A stretch of DNA of 62,097 bases, the filler included, from Barthelona sp. PAP020 (lineage: Eukaryota): the NCBI GenBank assembly GCA_040182905.1. It is 2 parts of 2 records of this genome, joined end to end, with 100 filler letters (N's around TTAATTAATTAA, not from the genome) between each part and the next. Parts side by side here need not be neighbours in the genome. Positions count along the whole stretch, not along the records: positions 31,111 to 62,097 come from JARQWU010000110.1; 1 more part is not named here. The stretch is one strand, 5' to 3'. The first letter of the stretch is position 1. Every line of letters starts with the position of its first letter. The notes under the pieces were generated by a model. The model had not been told where the DNA came from, searched no databases, and worked only from the letters and a program-made list of their open reading frames with translations. Position numbers and translations under genes: made by a program. Positions 51,101 to 59,500 of the stretch are shown piece by piece.

Positions 51101-54100
51101 AGAAAAGATGGGATTGTTAGAGGGTGTTCGTAAAGAAGTTCAAGCCGCTGGATTAGTCGACACCAAGGATAATTTGTGGAACTATTTTGTCAATAGATGT
51201 AGAGACAATTTACATGTCAGTTTAGCAATGTCTCCCTCCGGAGATCAACTAAGACAACGCTGTCGTTCATTCCCTGGTTTGGTAAATAATACAGTTATCG
51301 ATTGGTTTGATCCTTGGCCTCATCTTGCTTTGGAAACTGTTGCCAAAAATTTCCTTGCAGAAGAAGATCTTCCTGAAGAATTAAGGGAGCAAATAATCGC
51401 ACATATTGTTCATGTTCATCAATCTGTCACTGTATATTCCAAGGAATTCCACACTACGTTAAGACGACATGTTCATGTTACTCCCAAGAATTTCCTTGAT
51501 TTCATCAAATCTTATCGTGATCTGTTGTTGAAGTATAGAATTGAATTTGATAACAATTACCAACGTTATGGTGAAGGTTTAGATCAATTGAGTGATGCGG
51601 AAAATAAGGTTGATACCTTAAACATTGAACTACGTATTCGTCAGAAGGAGGTTGCTGAAAAACAAGCTGTTGTTGAAGAAACAATGAAAATCATTGAGAT
51701 TAAATCAGAAGATGCAAAGAAAAAGCAAGAATTGGCTACCAGAAAGGAACAAGAATTGTCCATTCAAACTGAACGTATTCAAATTGACAAGAAAGAAGCT
51801 GAAGAAGCTTATGAAAATGCAAAACCCGCTTTATTAAGAGCAGAACAGGCTATTGATTGTATTGATAGACAAAGTTTGGCTCAAGTAAGAGGTATGCGTA
51901 ATCCACCAGCTCTCATTGTTGAAGTTATGGAATGCATCGCCATTTTGAAAGGAAGAAAAGATTCAAGTTGGCAAGGAGTCATGGCTATGGTTGCTAATGC
52001 TAATTTCTTGAAAGATTTGAAGGAAACAAAGGTTGATCGTATTTCTTCTAGAATGGTCAACAGGGTTAAAAGAAAAATTGAAGCTGCAGAATTGACTCCT
52101 GACCGTATTGAACAAGCTTCTTATGCTGCTTCAAAACTGTTAGAATGGATTGTAAATATGGTTAATTTCTATGAAGTTAATGAGAATGTCAAGCCAATGC
52201 AAGATGCTGTTGCAAAAGCTGAAGCTGCTTTATTGAAGAGTCAAAATGATTTAGCAGATACAAAAGCAGACTTAATCGAATTACAAGAGAGTCTAGCAAA
52301 ATTGGATCTTGATTTCAAAAATCAATCTCGTGAAGCAAAGGAATTACAAGAAAAGTCTGAGATTCAAGCAAGACAATTACAGGCTGCTAAGAGACTTTTA
52401 GATGGTTTAGGAACTGAAAAGGATCGTTGGAGAGATAGAAAGGAAGAATTGAGACAGGATAGAGTACGTTTAGTCGGAGATTGTCTCTTGTTAGCATCAT
52501 TCTTGTCCTATCTTGGACCTTTTTCGAATGATTTCAGACAAAGAATGTTAATTAACGATTGGGAAAAAGATGTAAAAGAAAGAAAAATTCCAGTTTCGAC
52601 TCCTTTTGCTGTTCAGACATTGTTAACATCTGAAGTTGAAATTTCAACTTGGGCAGCTCAAGGATTACCTTCTGATGATTTGAGTGTTCAAAATGGTATA
52701 TTAACCATTAGAGGAACTCGTTATCCCTTATGTATTGATCCTCAATTGCAAGCTGTGAATTGGATTAAGCAAAGAGAAGAGAATTTGAAAACTGGTACTT
52801 TCAGTGATCCTGCATTCGTTAAAGATTTGGAACAATGTATCACATATGGTTTCCCATTCTTATTTGAAGCTGTTGATGAATATATTGATCCGATCATTGA
52901 TCCAATTTTAAATCAAAACTATGTTATACAAGGAGGTACTAAGTTTGTTAATTTCAATGATAAGTTGATTGCTGTTGACAATGATTTCAGACTGTATTTC
53001 ACGACCAAACATGCAAACCCTAACTTTTCACCTGAAATTCAATCCAAAGTTTCTTTAATCAACTACACAGTAACAGAAGCAGGTTTACAAGAACAATTAT
53101 TGAATGTTGTTGTCGAACATGAAAGAAGCAACCTTGAAAGAGAGAGAAAGGATTTGGTTAAGACCATTGCTGAAAACCGTAAGGAATTACAGGAATTGGA
53201 AGATATTCTATTGAGAGAATTGGTTAATGCAGAAGGAAACATATTAATGAATGACGATTTGATACGTACACTTGAAAATACGAAGGAAAATGCGAAGATT
53301 GTATCTGAAAAGCTTGAGATTGCAAAGAACACAGCAGTTAAGATTGAAAAGGCTCGATCTGTGTATAAAGATGTTGCTAAACGTGGTGCAATTCTATTCT
53401 TTGTCATGGCGTCATTATCTAACATTGAAACTGTTTATGAGTATTCCTTAATGTCCTTTTTAGAAGTTTTCCAAATGTCTTTGGCAGATTCTCCAAGCGC
53501 TGGTTTAACTGTACCCGATAGATTGAAAGCCATTATGGACTATTTGACTTATCAGGTGTATGCGTACACATGTTTGGGATTATTTGGTAAACATAAGTTA
53601 TTATTTGCTTTCCAAATGACTTGCAAAATTATTGAAGCTTCAGGTGAGTTACCTTATGAGAAACTTGACTTTTTCATCAAAGGAAATACTTCTTTGAATC
53701 CTCCTGAGGAGCCATGTCCGTATTCATGGATTACGGAGGCTTGTTGGAAAGACTTATTGTTATTATGCGAAAAGGATGCTGATTTCAGTACTCTTTTGAA
53801 AGAATTGGCGAATAATACAGAAGAATGGAAATTGTGGTATGATTCAAAGGATCCTGAGGCACAAACACCTCCAGAACCATTCCAACAATGTAATATTTAT
53901 AATAAACTGTTATTGTTAAGATGTTTGAGACCTGATCGTGTTGTATACGGTATTTCACAATTTGTTATCCAATTTATGACCGATAAATTTGTAAAACCAC
54001 CAGTGTTGGATTATGCTGAAGTCATTGCCCAATCGACGTATCAATCTCCAATTGTGTTTATTTTATCACCTGGAGCAGATCCTGCATCTGAATTGGAAAA

Positions 54101-55826
54101 GTATGCGAATAAGAAAGGTTTGGTTCAAGCTGGAAGATATCGTCCATTGTCATTGGGTCAAGGACAGGATGGTATTGCTGAACAGCTTGTAAAAATTGGT
54201 TCTCAAAGAGGACATTGGGTTGTTTTACAAAATTGTCATTTATTGCACAGATGGTTACCAAAGTTGGAGAAGTTGTTAGAAAGTTTAACTGGTAAACATA
54301 AAGAGTTTAGACTTTTCTTGACTACTGAACCCACTTCCAAGTTCCCTCTTGGTATTTTGCAACGTTCTCTCAAGGTTGTCACTGAGCCTCCAAATGGTTT
54401 GATGTTAAATATGTTAAACAGCTATTCTAGATTATCGGAAGAGGCATTGTCTAAAAGTGCTCACAATTCTTTCAAGTCCTTGGTATTTGTTGTTTCTTTC
54501 TTCCATGCTGTTGTTCAAGAAAGAAGAAAATATGGTAAAATTGGGTGGAATGTTGCATACGATTTCAATGATTCTGACTTTAGAGTTTCTATTGACTTAT
54601 TGGGAACATACCTTGATAAAGCAAAGGGACAAGGTAATATTCCATGGGAATCTCTCAGATATTTAATTGGTGAAGCCATGTATGGTGGAAGAGTGTCCGA
54701 CAGTTATGATCGTCGTATCTTAGTCACGTATTTAGATGAATACTTCGGAGATTTCCTGTTTGATACTTTCCAACCTTTCCATTTCTTTATGTCTGAAGAT
54801 TACGATTACCATATTCCTTCAGCGAAGAATTTTAATGATTATGTTGCTGCAATTAAGACCATCCCCCTCTTCAATTCACCAGAATTGTTTGGCCTTCATA
54901 ATAATGCAGATATCCAATACACTACCAATTCTGCTAAAGAATTATGGAAGAACATGGTTGAATTACAACCTAGAGTTGGTTCTGGTTCCACTTCTGAGCA
55001 AGTTGAAGATCATGTTGTTAATATCACTAACGATATCTTGAAAAGGTTGCCAGAACGTTTTGATGTTTCTGCTATTTCAAAGAGAATTGAAGTCCCTTCA
55101 CCAACTCAAATTGTTCTTTTACAAGAGTTAACAAGATTTAATTTGTTGCAAGAGGCAATTGATTCCAGTTTACATGATCTTTTATCTGCCATTAAGGGTG
55201 ATATTGGTATGTCTGCACAATTGGATCAATTATTATTGAGTTTGTACATGGGTGTTTTGCCCAAAGATTGGACTAGACATGCCCCAGCCACTTTAAAGTC
55301 ATTATCCAATTGGTTTACTCATTTATTACAGAGATATAAACAGTATAAGGAATGGATCACAAATGAACCTGTTGTTATGTGGTTGGCAGGTTTACATGTT
55401 CCAGAATCATATATTACTGCATTGATTCAATCTACATGCAGAAAATACTTGTGGCCTTTGGATAAATCCACTCTTTACACCGTAGTCACAGATATTACTG
55501 ATCCTTCTGTCTTGAGAGAGAGGCCTGCAGATGGTTGTTATGTCCGTGGTTTGTTCTTAGAAGGTGCAGGATGGGATGTGAAGAAGTCTTGTTTGACTAG
55601 ACAAAATCCCAAACAGTTGATTCAAGAATTGCCTTTAGTTAAGATTGTACCTGTTGAAGAGTCGAAATTGAGATTGCAAAATACTTTCCCAACACCTGTG
55701 TATGTTACTCAGGATAGAAGAAATGCTATGGGTGTGGGGCTTGTTTTTGAGGCACAGTTGTACACTTCTGACCATCCATCTCATTGGATTCTTCAAGGTG
55801 TTGCTATTTGTTTAGAAACTGCATAA
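42198..55826 (+). CDS. DNAH10: Axonemal inner-arm dynein I1/f alpha heavy chain (DNAH10-like), intronless
   Basis: Long DHC_N1 tail; P-loops GPAGTGKT, GPTCGGKS, GGSGTAKT and GVGGSGKQ; the C-terminal TPVYVTQDRRNAMGVGLVFEA...SHWILQGV is characteristic of DNAH10. First ATG at 42198. Confidence 0.93.
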   Translation: MALQWLKAKVCKNLNIDEEIFDNCIDRIDDVDIALKSFFDKGLLIFVKSEIGDLRFYYTTDFPMVTDSSHLMYFINRSEETITNDSFTDEEEPLIEFGHLAGPPLMMLENYLSQLYGPSLEALKFDSQMKGEIHEEAAELFSAVCRFSGQVQQIISQISSNNVLFVPDIEIDNPNIASQNEDTVEMLIKVIGEWKQNIITLNKQQNELIPNGNGPIAELNYWRNRASAFSVVYEQLSVPKIQKMIATVDNAGKLDIMFKHHMESLTMNYLEAVDNVKFLNTLDRHFNLLNQGELSQFLETLPQLLNALKMVWIISRHYNTDEKMRPLLCRISWQICKRVYDTVQPFKLFYSFNIEDPDASLDVLNEAMNKLKEAEQVLNKWRTSYDDVRKEIEKTGRNMRWEFHQVTKNQTHLNSEFQTLFDEPQYTAKKCDELVNICSIVYSFRCLLSGELKEVTGAVEEIDITRVRVNKLLTPFIDCNFNVFDRKNSSLFADLKNDFDKEVKVLERSIKLLIDQSFSKLRSTQGAFKLLQNFLKLRSFSDSITKQLETKKLTILDQYLTEVALTRELFQQHKDNPPLSLNTPPVAGTIIWARKLYQRLKKPILCFNESEGFEKSEKGKIVRQAYFDAAKEMRDFENDLFNRWKTEAEQIALLSLKQSLLAKDDFSYRINFAEELQQIIDETKHLDNLGFAKLSGSSSSASSSSTATDNDGESGLIFKVSLQERKYLEIKESLGQSIEFYNSMMDELTPLERVVFSKEIDRIHVVFDKGCGDGLNWSSLCIQEYIVELRKELSEFTATIHRCKKVIFDVDTIVKEIGEVQLLQFENFAKHFHIKHESTGNYLFKNVDVSILDKRLLDIQELYEIWNTKIKEQSVLLKEKYLQLPALLVKLEDQMFGVQTGRHENLTRLYEHYEVCLFESVTQMIFKTLIEFHDLISRTNKEFPIFKAQATLAGSEVILSPQWVDFEKYTNLLIKDILNITRLFIRWESGTCLAAKPIVIIDNLEVERELQVSFYEDIIKNEDILNVCTKIPLYLYKTEEEVIKFTKRWHKYDYLWNRTKHGVIKKLKTKNLTLTQFDRLLSKYTTTIEEVMDLPTTKQAGIILIVTTNIVNSIISYSKDWIHTLCEYIHELSKDKLDSFNSKLIYYDEEISQEADTIDSLKHILIAIQEIKQSHVEFQERREIIENLYLLLESYSFEVEEKEKKIVFGFKKQVEDLFASCISIESNLTDTMNHFKKLTSEEVISFEAIITGFAQRFKNSGPGHPDINLSEGLSTLKKMSTEVEQLTVKRDDLILSQKLFDLDIVAFRDLVKINKDISNLTIIYSVYEDVFSSIETWSQILWRKLDVVEIQTSVEDYLKRVKKLGKTDPQLTDYPPFKKVEKLLVDFGNSLPLMEYLKSESLRPRHWQQLMKLTGQTFDSTDPNFTLGRVFAMELHRFEEHILEIHSTSQRELQIEKGLEEVIKVWRDMEFELGQYKKNGETRGTVLRSIEPIQLQLEENLTTLQSIQASRYVSYFLSKVQEWERKLSLVDEVSNMWLAVQLKWIYLEGIFLGTEDIRNQLPEETDQFETIDKAWKQVMTSCEKDPNVLKACSYPNRLQSLQEIAKGLDKCQKSLSEYLDTKRTAFPRFYFISDDELLSILGTDDTHNVQQHMIKLYGNVKSLIFGEGAKRDVVIGMTSSEGESFNFVEEILAEGVVESWMDDVDAMMKLTLHTLMKQGVYEYGSRSTGMSSRSDWVLAVLGMISLTGSQIWWTKEVEMAFKSIQKGNKYAMKRLLEDQDAQLNDLVRIIRSDLSKLARKKINTLIVMDVHARDLVQRFVVNSVVSEDDFEWESQLRFYWDRRQDDVVVMQCNGVFEYGYEYQGLSSRLVITPLTDRCYMTMTQALSMRLGGSPAGPAGTGKTETVKDLAKSLGILCMVTNCGEGLDHFAMSQNFAGLVETGAWGCFDEFNRIEPEVLSVVSEQIKTIQRAMLQKRKSFHFVGRDIKLDLKAGIFITMNPGYAGRTELPDNLKALFRPCTMVVPDLQQISEIMLYSEGFTSSKTLARKMVVLYRLAQEQLSKQHHYDFGLRALKSVLVMAGALKRGEPDMDEETVLMRALRDMNQPKFIHDDVPLFKGLISDLFPRLSAPRVRYDDLADAVEASMNDKGYILKDTQIDKVIQLYETMLTRHASMVVGPTCGGKSVVIETLANAQTRLGVVTKIHRISPKAQTVLELYGVLDPNTRDWKDGLLSNIFRQANKPLPSEKEGRERRYILFDGDVDAVWIESMNSVADDNKILTLPNSERIYLASHCALLFEVGDLQYASPATVSRCGMVYVDPKDLRYEPYFLKWLNAQNAQLIDQFRQLYDKYVDKLIDWMFDGVIGDIISTPPSTVIVTNELSIISQLCCQLDCILSEWKDNLDPEVIESIFIFALVWSFGALLDETGRKKFEQLLRKISGRSVVGTTRDGAVAAMDLPGDDQNTIFEFMFSLESFSWRPWTVFVEDYKPPRPFKFSEILVPTVDTVRSQWWLDANIKAEKPVCFIGGSGTAKTVTVQKYLSSAYVPQDKTQVLQINFSSRTTSLDLQRTLEENVDPRSSSVYGPPHGKTLKIFLDDLNMPKIDIYGTQQPIALLKLLLEHNGMYLREDPHTWITLKDIDWIGAMAPPGGGRNVVDPRFMSLFNIYHVLFPSNTSLKHIYESILNSHLAPFQEDVQQLTQLISSVTLEFYQAIVQQLPATPAKFHYIFNLRDISRVFEGLCLSTVDKFGESEGILRLWRHEMLRVFHDRLVDSHDRSFVKTKLDSMIGRNFMDKADKVTKADIMCGSFMNIDDEGHLMKPLMYEPIESFDSMSQIVDRYLEVYNEEHKTNQMNLVMFDDALKHLARILRIIQMPRGNSLLIGVGGSGKQSLTRLAAHIAGFELFEITLSRGYDEIEFRNDLKVLYQKLGVENKQIVFLFTDGHVVNDSFLELINNILTTGIVPALFTEEEKMGLLEGVRKEVQAAGLVDTKDNLWNYFVNRCRDNLHVSLAMSPSGDQLRQRCRSFPGLVNNTVIDWFDPWPHLALETVAKNFLAEEDLPEELREQIIAHIVHVHQSVTVYSKEFHTTLRRHVHVTPKNFLDFIKSYRDLLLKYRIEFDNNYQRYGEGLDQLSDAENKVDTLNIELRIRQKEVAEKQAVVEETMKIIEIKSEDAKKKQELATRKEQELSIQTERIQIDKKEAEEAYENAKPALLRAEQAIDCIDRQSLAQVRGMRNPPALIVEVMECIAILKGRKDSSWQGVMAMVANANFLKDLKETKVDRISSRMVNRVKRKIEAAELTPDRIEQASYAASKLLEWIVNMVNFYEVNENVKPMQDAVAKAEAALLKSQNDLADTKADLIELQESLAKLDLDFKNQSREAKELQEKSEIQARQLQAAKRLLDGLGTEKDRWRDRKEELRQDRVRLVGDCLLLASFLSYLGPFSNDFRQRMLINDWEKDVKERKIPVSTPFAVQTLLTSEVEISTWAAQGLPSDDLSVQNGILTIRGTRYPLCIDPQLQAVNWIKQREENLKTGTFSDPAFVKDLEQCITYGFPFLFEAVDEYIDPIIDPILNQNYVIQGGTKFVNFNDKLIAVDNDFRLYFTTKHANPNFSPEIQSKVSLINYTVTEAGLQEQLLNVVVEHERSNLERERKDLVKTIAENRKELQELEDILLRELVNAEGNILMNDDLIRTLENTKENAKIVSEKLEIAKNTAVKIEKARSVYKDVAKRGAILFFVMASLSNIETVYEYSLMSFLEVFQMSLADSPSAGLTVPDRLKAIMDYLTYQVYAYTCLGLFGKHKLLFAFQMTCKIIEASGELPYEKLDFFIKGNTSLNPPEEPCPYSWITEACWKDLLLLCEKDADFSTLLKELANNTEEWKLWYDSKDPEAQTPPEPFQQCNIYNKLLLLRCLRPDRVVYGISQFVIQFMTDKFVKPPVLDYAEVIAQSTYQSPIVFILSPGADPASELEKYANKKGLVQAGRYRPLSLGQGQDGIAEQLVKIGSQRGHWVVLQNCHLLHRWLPKLEKLLESLTGKHKEFRLFLTTEPTSKFPLGILQRSLKVVTEPPNGLMLNMLNSYSRLSEEALSKSAHNSFKSLVFVVSFFHAVVQERRKYGKIGWNVAYDFNDSDFRVSIDLLGTYLDKAKGQGNIPWESLRYLIGEAMYGGRVSDSYDRRILVTYLDEYFGDFLFDTFQPFHFFMSEDYDYHIPSAKNFNDYVAAIKTIPLFNSPELFGLHNNADIQYTTNSAKELWKNMVELQPRVGSGSTSEQVEDHVVNITNDILKRLPERFDVSAISKRIEVPSPTQIVLLQELTRFNLLQEAIDSSLHDLLSAIKGDIGMSAQLDQLLLSLYMGVLPKDWTRHAPATLKSLSNWFTHLLQRYKQYKEWITNEPVVMWLAGLHVPESYITALIQSTCRKYLWPLDKSTLYTVVTDITDPSVLRERPADGCYVRGLFLEGAGWDVKKSCLTRQNPKQLIQELPLVKIVPVEESKLRLQNTFPTPVYVTQDRRNAMGVGLVFEAQLYTSDHPSHWILQGVAICLETA

Positions 55827-56365
55827 CAGTAGCATTGCGTTTTTTATAAGCTATAATTGATATATATTGAATGTGTGAAAACATTTGTGTGATAAATTTT
55901 TAAATTTTTTATTTTTATCAAATTTTGTTTTGACTCCAGAGTTATTTTGTCTTTTTTGTTCTTTGATTTATAAATGGAAAGAGATGAAACAATTATTTGG
56001 TTCTTTGAATGATTCAGTGTCTATTCTCATGTCATGATACTGTGGCTTTAGAATGATAGAATTCGATGGTTCTGTGGAGGTGGAAATATTGTTGGCAATA
56101 TGTAAGTTCAAAATTTGCCTTGATAATTCAAAAAATTTCAGACACTCTTTTGAATCTTCAACCTGCATTGTTTCTGTTGAGCAAATGCAATATTTCGTTT
56201 TTTTGGACAAGTGATAGGTTATTTAGTGCTTTCAAAGTATCTTTTTTGCGAACTATTTGCCATCTATCAGTTGACATAATTGAGGCAAAAGGTCTCTTTG
56301 GTCAGATTTGACTGCTAAGGGATAAAAAAAAAAAGAAAATTTATAAACATGAAAAAATTGATGAC

Positions 56366-57181
56366 CTAGACATAGATAGCTAAAAACGCCATAAACACAT
56401 AACCAATAAAGGGAGTGAAATAAATATTTTTGTGAAAGCTTTCAAAAATGACTTCAAATAGACCAACAAACAAGAAAGTACCAGCAGAAATGGATCTCAA
56501 AACGATTGATCCATAGTGGTCTAATTTCAAATTAGAGCCAATTAATATGCCAAAAGGGGTTGAACAACTAAAAAATAAAACCAAGCCAAATACGACTTTG
56601 AAAGAGAATTTTGTCCTGGTTAAAATTACACCCAACGCAAAAGCAGCAAAAAACTTATGAGATAAGATGCAAATAAAAATAATGTTGGCATAAGCTTGAT
56701 CAGTTTCATGTCCTAATGTTGTACCAGCCAACAATGAATGGAAAGTCAAACCCAATAATAAGAAAAGACTAGCAACAAAAGTACCATCCCCAAAATCAAA
56801 ATGTTCATGTTCATGTTCATGTTCGTGTTCATGAGTATTTAAAGTCAAATATTTATTTTCTTCTTCAATTTCAGGTTTATTGGTGCATTTTTTATGGATA
56901 GAAACGAAAGTTCTTTCCAATAGCACTAATAGAAAACAAGTTGTCCAAGCATAAAATTGTGGAAATGGAAAGTCCTCTTCAAAATTTTCTCGAAAATCTG
57001 CATCTGCATCAGCTAAAATGTGTAATGCACCACCTCCAACTAATATTCCCCCAGAAAAAGCGGAACCATATTCCATAATCTTTTTAAATATGGGATCTTT
57101 AGCTTTGGAGAAAAAATATGGTAAATTTCCTCCAATAAATCCGAATAGGAAAATAAAAACTCCCCAAATGAATAATATCAT
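56366..57181 (-). CDS. ZIP (SLC39) zinc/iron transporter with a His-rich loop
   Basis: AFSGGILVGGGALHIL, (HE)n loop, LTFHSLLAG, LSHKFFAAFALG and SAGTFLFV. Confidence 0.92.
   Translation of the reverse strand: MILFIWGVFIFLFGFIGGNLPYFFSKAKDPIFKKIMEYGSAFSGGILVGGGALHILADADADFRENFEEDFPFPQFYAWTTCFLLVLLERTFVSIHKKCTNKPEIEEENKYLTLNTHEHEHEHEHEHFDFGDGTFVASLFLLLGLTFHSLLAGTTLGHETDQAYANIIFICILSHKFFAAFALGVILTRTKFSFKVVFGLVLFFSCSTPFGILIGSNLKLDHYGSIVLRSISAGTFLFVGLFEVIFESFHKNIYFTPFIGYVFMAFLAIYV
56801..56833 (-). repeat. (CATGAA)n hexamer repeat encoding HEHEHEHEHEH
   Basis: Hexanucleotide tandem repeat in the ZIP cytosolic loop. Confidence 0.85.
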
Positions 57182-57394
57182 TGAAAAAGAAAAGAAAATC
57201 GGGTAAAATTTTTTGAGTGGTTATGCGATGATAATTATTTTTGATTTAATTAATGATTTGTGTTTATATGATGGATCATTACTGTTAGTTCCCTATAAAT
57301 ATTAATGATTTTTCACCATAAGAAATTAAAAAAATAAATGAATTTATTTAGCTTTTAGAAATGAAAAATAACTGTGTAAAATAGGTTTTAAAGA

Positions 57395-58684
57395 CTAATT
57401 TTCAACAACAATTCCATACTTTTTGTCTACTTTTCTGCAAAGTTTGATAATGTCTTTAAAATGGTTTAATGGATTTAAAAAACTGTAAATAGAAGGAAAA
57501 GCTAACATTTTTGTCTTTATAAAACTATGAGGTTCCAATATATTGAAGGCAACACCTGTTTTCCCCAAAGAAATCACTCTTTGAAAATCTTCTCTGTTGA
57601 TGTAATTGCTGATTCTTTTTTTCTCTTTGCCTTTCAAAAGAGCAAAGATATTTTTGCCCACAATTTTACCTTCTAACATGGAAAGGTTAACAAAATCATG
57701 AACTAAAGATAATCTAGGATTGTAAGTTCGTGAATTAATTGAACCACAAGCAAAATACTTTTTACCTGGATTTTGAAAAACAGAATCAAAAGAGGACAAT
57801 TCTAAATATTGGGAAATGTTCAATAATCCTTCCAAAGAAAAGCAACTGTCAAATATGGGATGCAAAAATTGACCAACTCTTTGAACTTTTCTGGTATTAA
57901 CAAGAAAAAGAACATCACATTGAACACTGCTAATGATGTTGGTTGTGTTATCACAAAACTGCACAATAATTTTGTCGGTTGAAATCGTATTGCTGTTTAC
58001 ATCAAGAACCCTCGTGTTTGAAAAGATTTCAATATTTCTTTTTCTAAAAGACCTCAATATAGTCAAGTGAATATTTTGAAACTGACAAATGGTGTTTTCT
58101 TCAAATATGTGTATGATCCTGACGGTGGGGTATCTCAGTCGAATTCTACAGATTATTTCGGCACTAAATATCCCACTGCCAATACAAACACACACTCCAT
58201 TTGTTAATCTAGAGTGCAACCAATCTCTATGAACTAAAATAGAAGGATTAGTGCCTCTTAGAGATAATAGAGAGTTTAATCTGCTAGATTGAAAACATCC
58301 ACATGCTACAACAAGATAATCAAAGTTAATGATCAATCCTGATTGTAAAATTGCTCTGTCTGATTCAACTAAAACAACACGATCAATAATTACTCTTACT
58401 AAGCAACAATTGACATTTAAAAGAGATAAATCTAGAAAATTAAACCTGTCTAAAATACCTAACAACAGACTTCTATGGTAAAAAAAAGGATATGGATTCA
58501 CCAAAGTTATGAAAAACGGACTGATAGAATTTGGTGATTTTAAAAATGATTTTAATATTTGTTTTATAACACTAAGACCACTAATCCCTCCTCCAATGAT
58601 TAAAATATGTTGAACTTCAATTGGATGTATTAAAATATTTTCTTCATCTGCAATAGATTTTATTGGATCTAATCGAATAGACAT
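57395..58684 (-). CDS. Divergent FAD-dependent pyridine nucleotide oxidoreductase (AIFM2/FSP1/NDH-2-like fold)
   Basis: ILIIGGGISG, FDYLVVACG, degenerate second motif CIGSGIFSAE, YFACGS and ISLG. First ATG at 58684. Confidence 0.7.
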   Translation of the reverse strand: MSIRLDPIKSIADEENILIHPIEVQHILIIGGGISGLSVIKQILKSFLKSPNSISPFFITLVNPYPFFYHRSLLLGILDRFNFLDLSLLNVNCCLVRVIIDRVVLVESDRAILQSGLIINFDYLVVACGCFQSSRLNSLLSLRGTNPSILVHRDWLHSRLTNGVCVCIGSGIFSAEIICRIRLRYPTVRIIHIFEENTICQFQNIHLTILRSFRKRNIEIFSNTRVLDVNSNTISTDKIIVQFCDNTTNIISSVQCDVLFLVNTRKVQRVGQFLHPIFDSCFSLEGLLNISQYLELSSFDSVFQNPGKKYFACGSINSRTYNPRLSLVHDFVNLSMLEGKIVGKNIFALLKGKEKKRISNYINREDFQRVISLGKTGVAFNILEPHSFIKTKMLAFPSIYSFLNPLNHFKDIIKLCRKVDKKYGIVVEN

Positions 58685-59121
58685 AAAACATATAATCACA
58701 TCAAAAAAGTTTTATTCTGACATTATTGAAATGCTAATTTCTTAAAAAATGTGAAAACATAGTCATTTTTTATTTCCTTCTTTTAACTTGACTATTATAC
58801 TTTTGGGGAATAATTTTAATCAGAAATTCTTTGAAATTACCACATAAACTCACAAAAAAAAAGAAATTCAGAGAGGTGTCATAAAACAATAATTTACACA
58901 ACAAACGACATCAATAAATGCCACAAATCTTTGAAAAATCAATTATTTAATATAATTGCAGTTATAAAAAAACAAAAAGGGTAAATGTGAAAATTGGTTG
59001 GATGATATTTTGAAAAAAAATATTTGTAATTGTCGATGTTATCAACAGATATTTCAATATCAGACTTATTTTCAATCCTTTCAAAAGAATTCTTGTGATA
59101 TTGGTTTTTTTATATTATAAT

Positions 59122-59409
59122 TCATTTTTCAGTAAAGATTATTTGTTCAAATACAATTTTTTTCCGTACAATATGAGAAGGATGATATGAAACATTGATT
59201 TCATCCATTTTATTTAATGTTTCAGCTTTTTCAAGACATAAGGATGTTCCAAAAATATACTCCCATTTACCAATAAAAACTATATCTCCAATTTGACAAT
59301 AGGGAGTATCAGTATTCAAACCAGAAAGATGTAATTCATCATATGAATGAATGAATTCATTAGAGCCATATTGAGGAAACTCTAAAATAACATGTTGTGA
59401 TTCATCCAT
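59122..59409 (-). CDS. GTF3C6: TFIIIC subunit 6-like (triple-barrel domain) protein; ATG at 59409
   Basis: LSGLNTDTPYCQIGDIVFIGKWEYIFGTSL...KKIVF matches the TFIIIC_sub6 pattern. Confidence 0.68.
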   Translation of the reverse strand: MDESQHVILEFPQYGSNEFIHSYDELHLSGLNTDTPYCQIGDIVFIGKWEYIFGTSLCLEKAETLNKMDEINVSYHPSHIVRKKIVFEQIIFTEK

Positions 59410-59500
59410 AAATAATCGTTCACACAAAGATAAAAAACAGAAATCAACATTTTTTTTTTAAAACAAAAATTGTTTAATATTAATTAAAGTGTCTTAAATT

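Noticed and set aside
22219..55041. Many 60-160 aa antisense or alternate-frame ORFs inside large genes
   Set aside because: Shadows of codon bias and coding repeats, mostly with TTG/GTG starts and no recognisable motifs.
16919..55826. Functional cluster of I1 dynein (DNAH10) with its regulator CFAP100
   Set aside because: They are about 24 kb apart and separated by the artificial linker, and flagellar genes are common enough for chance co-occurrence.
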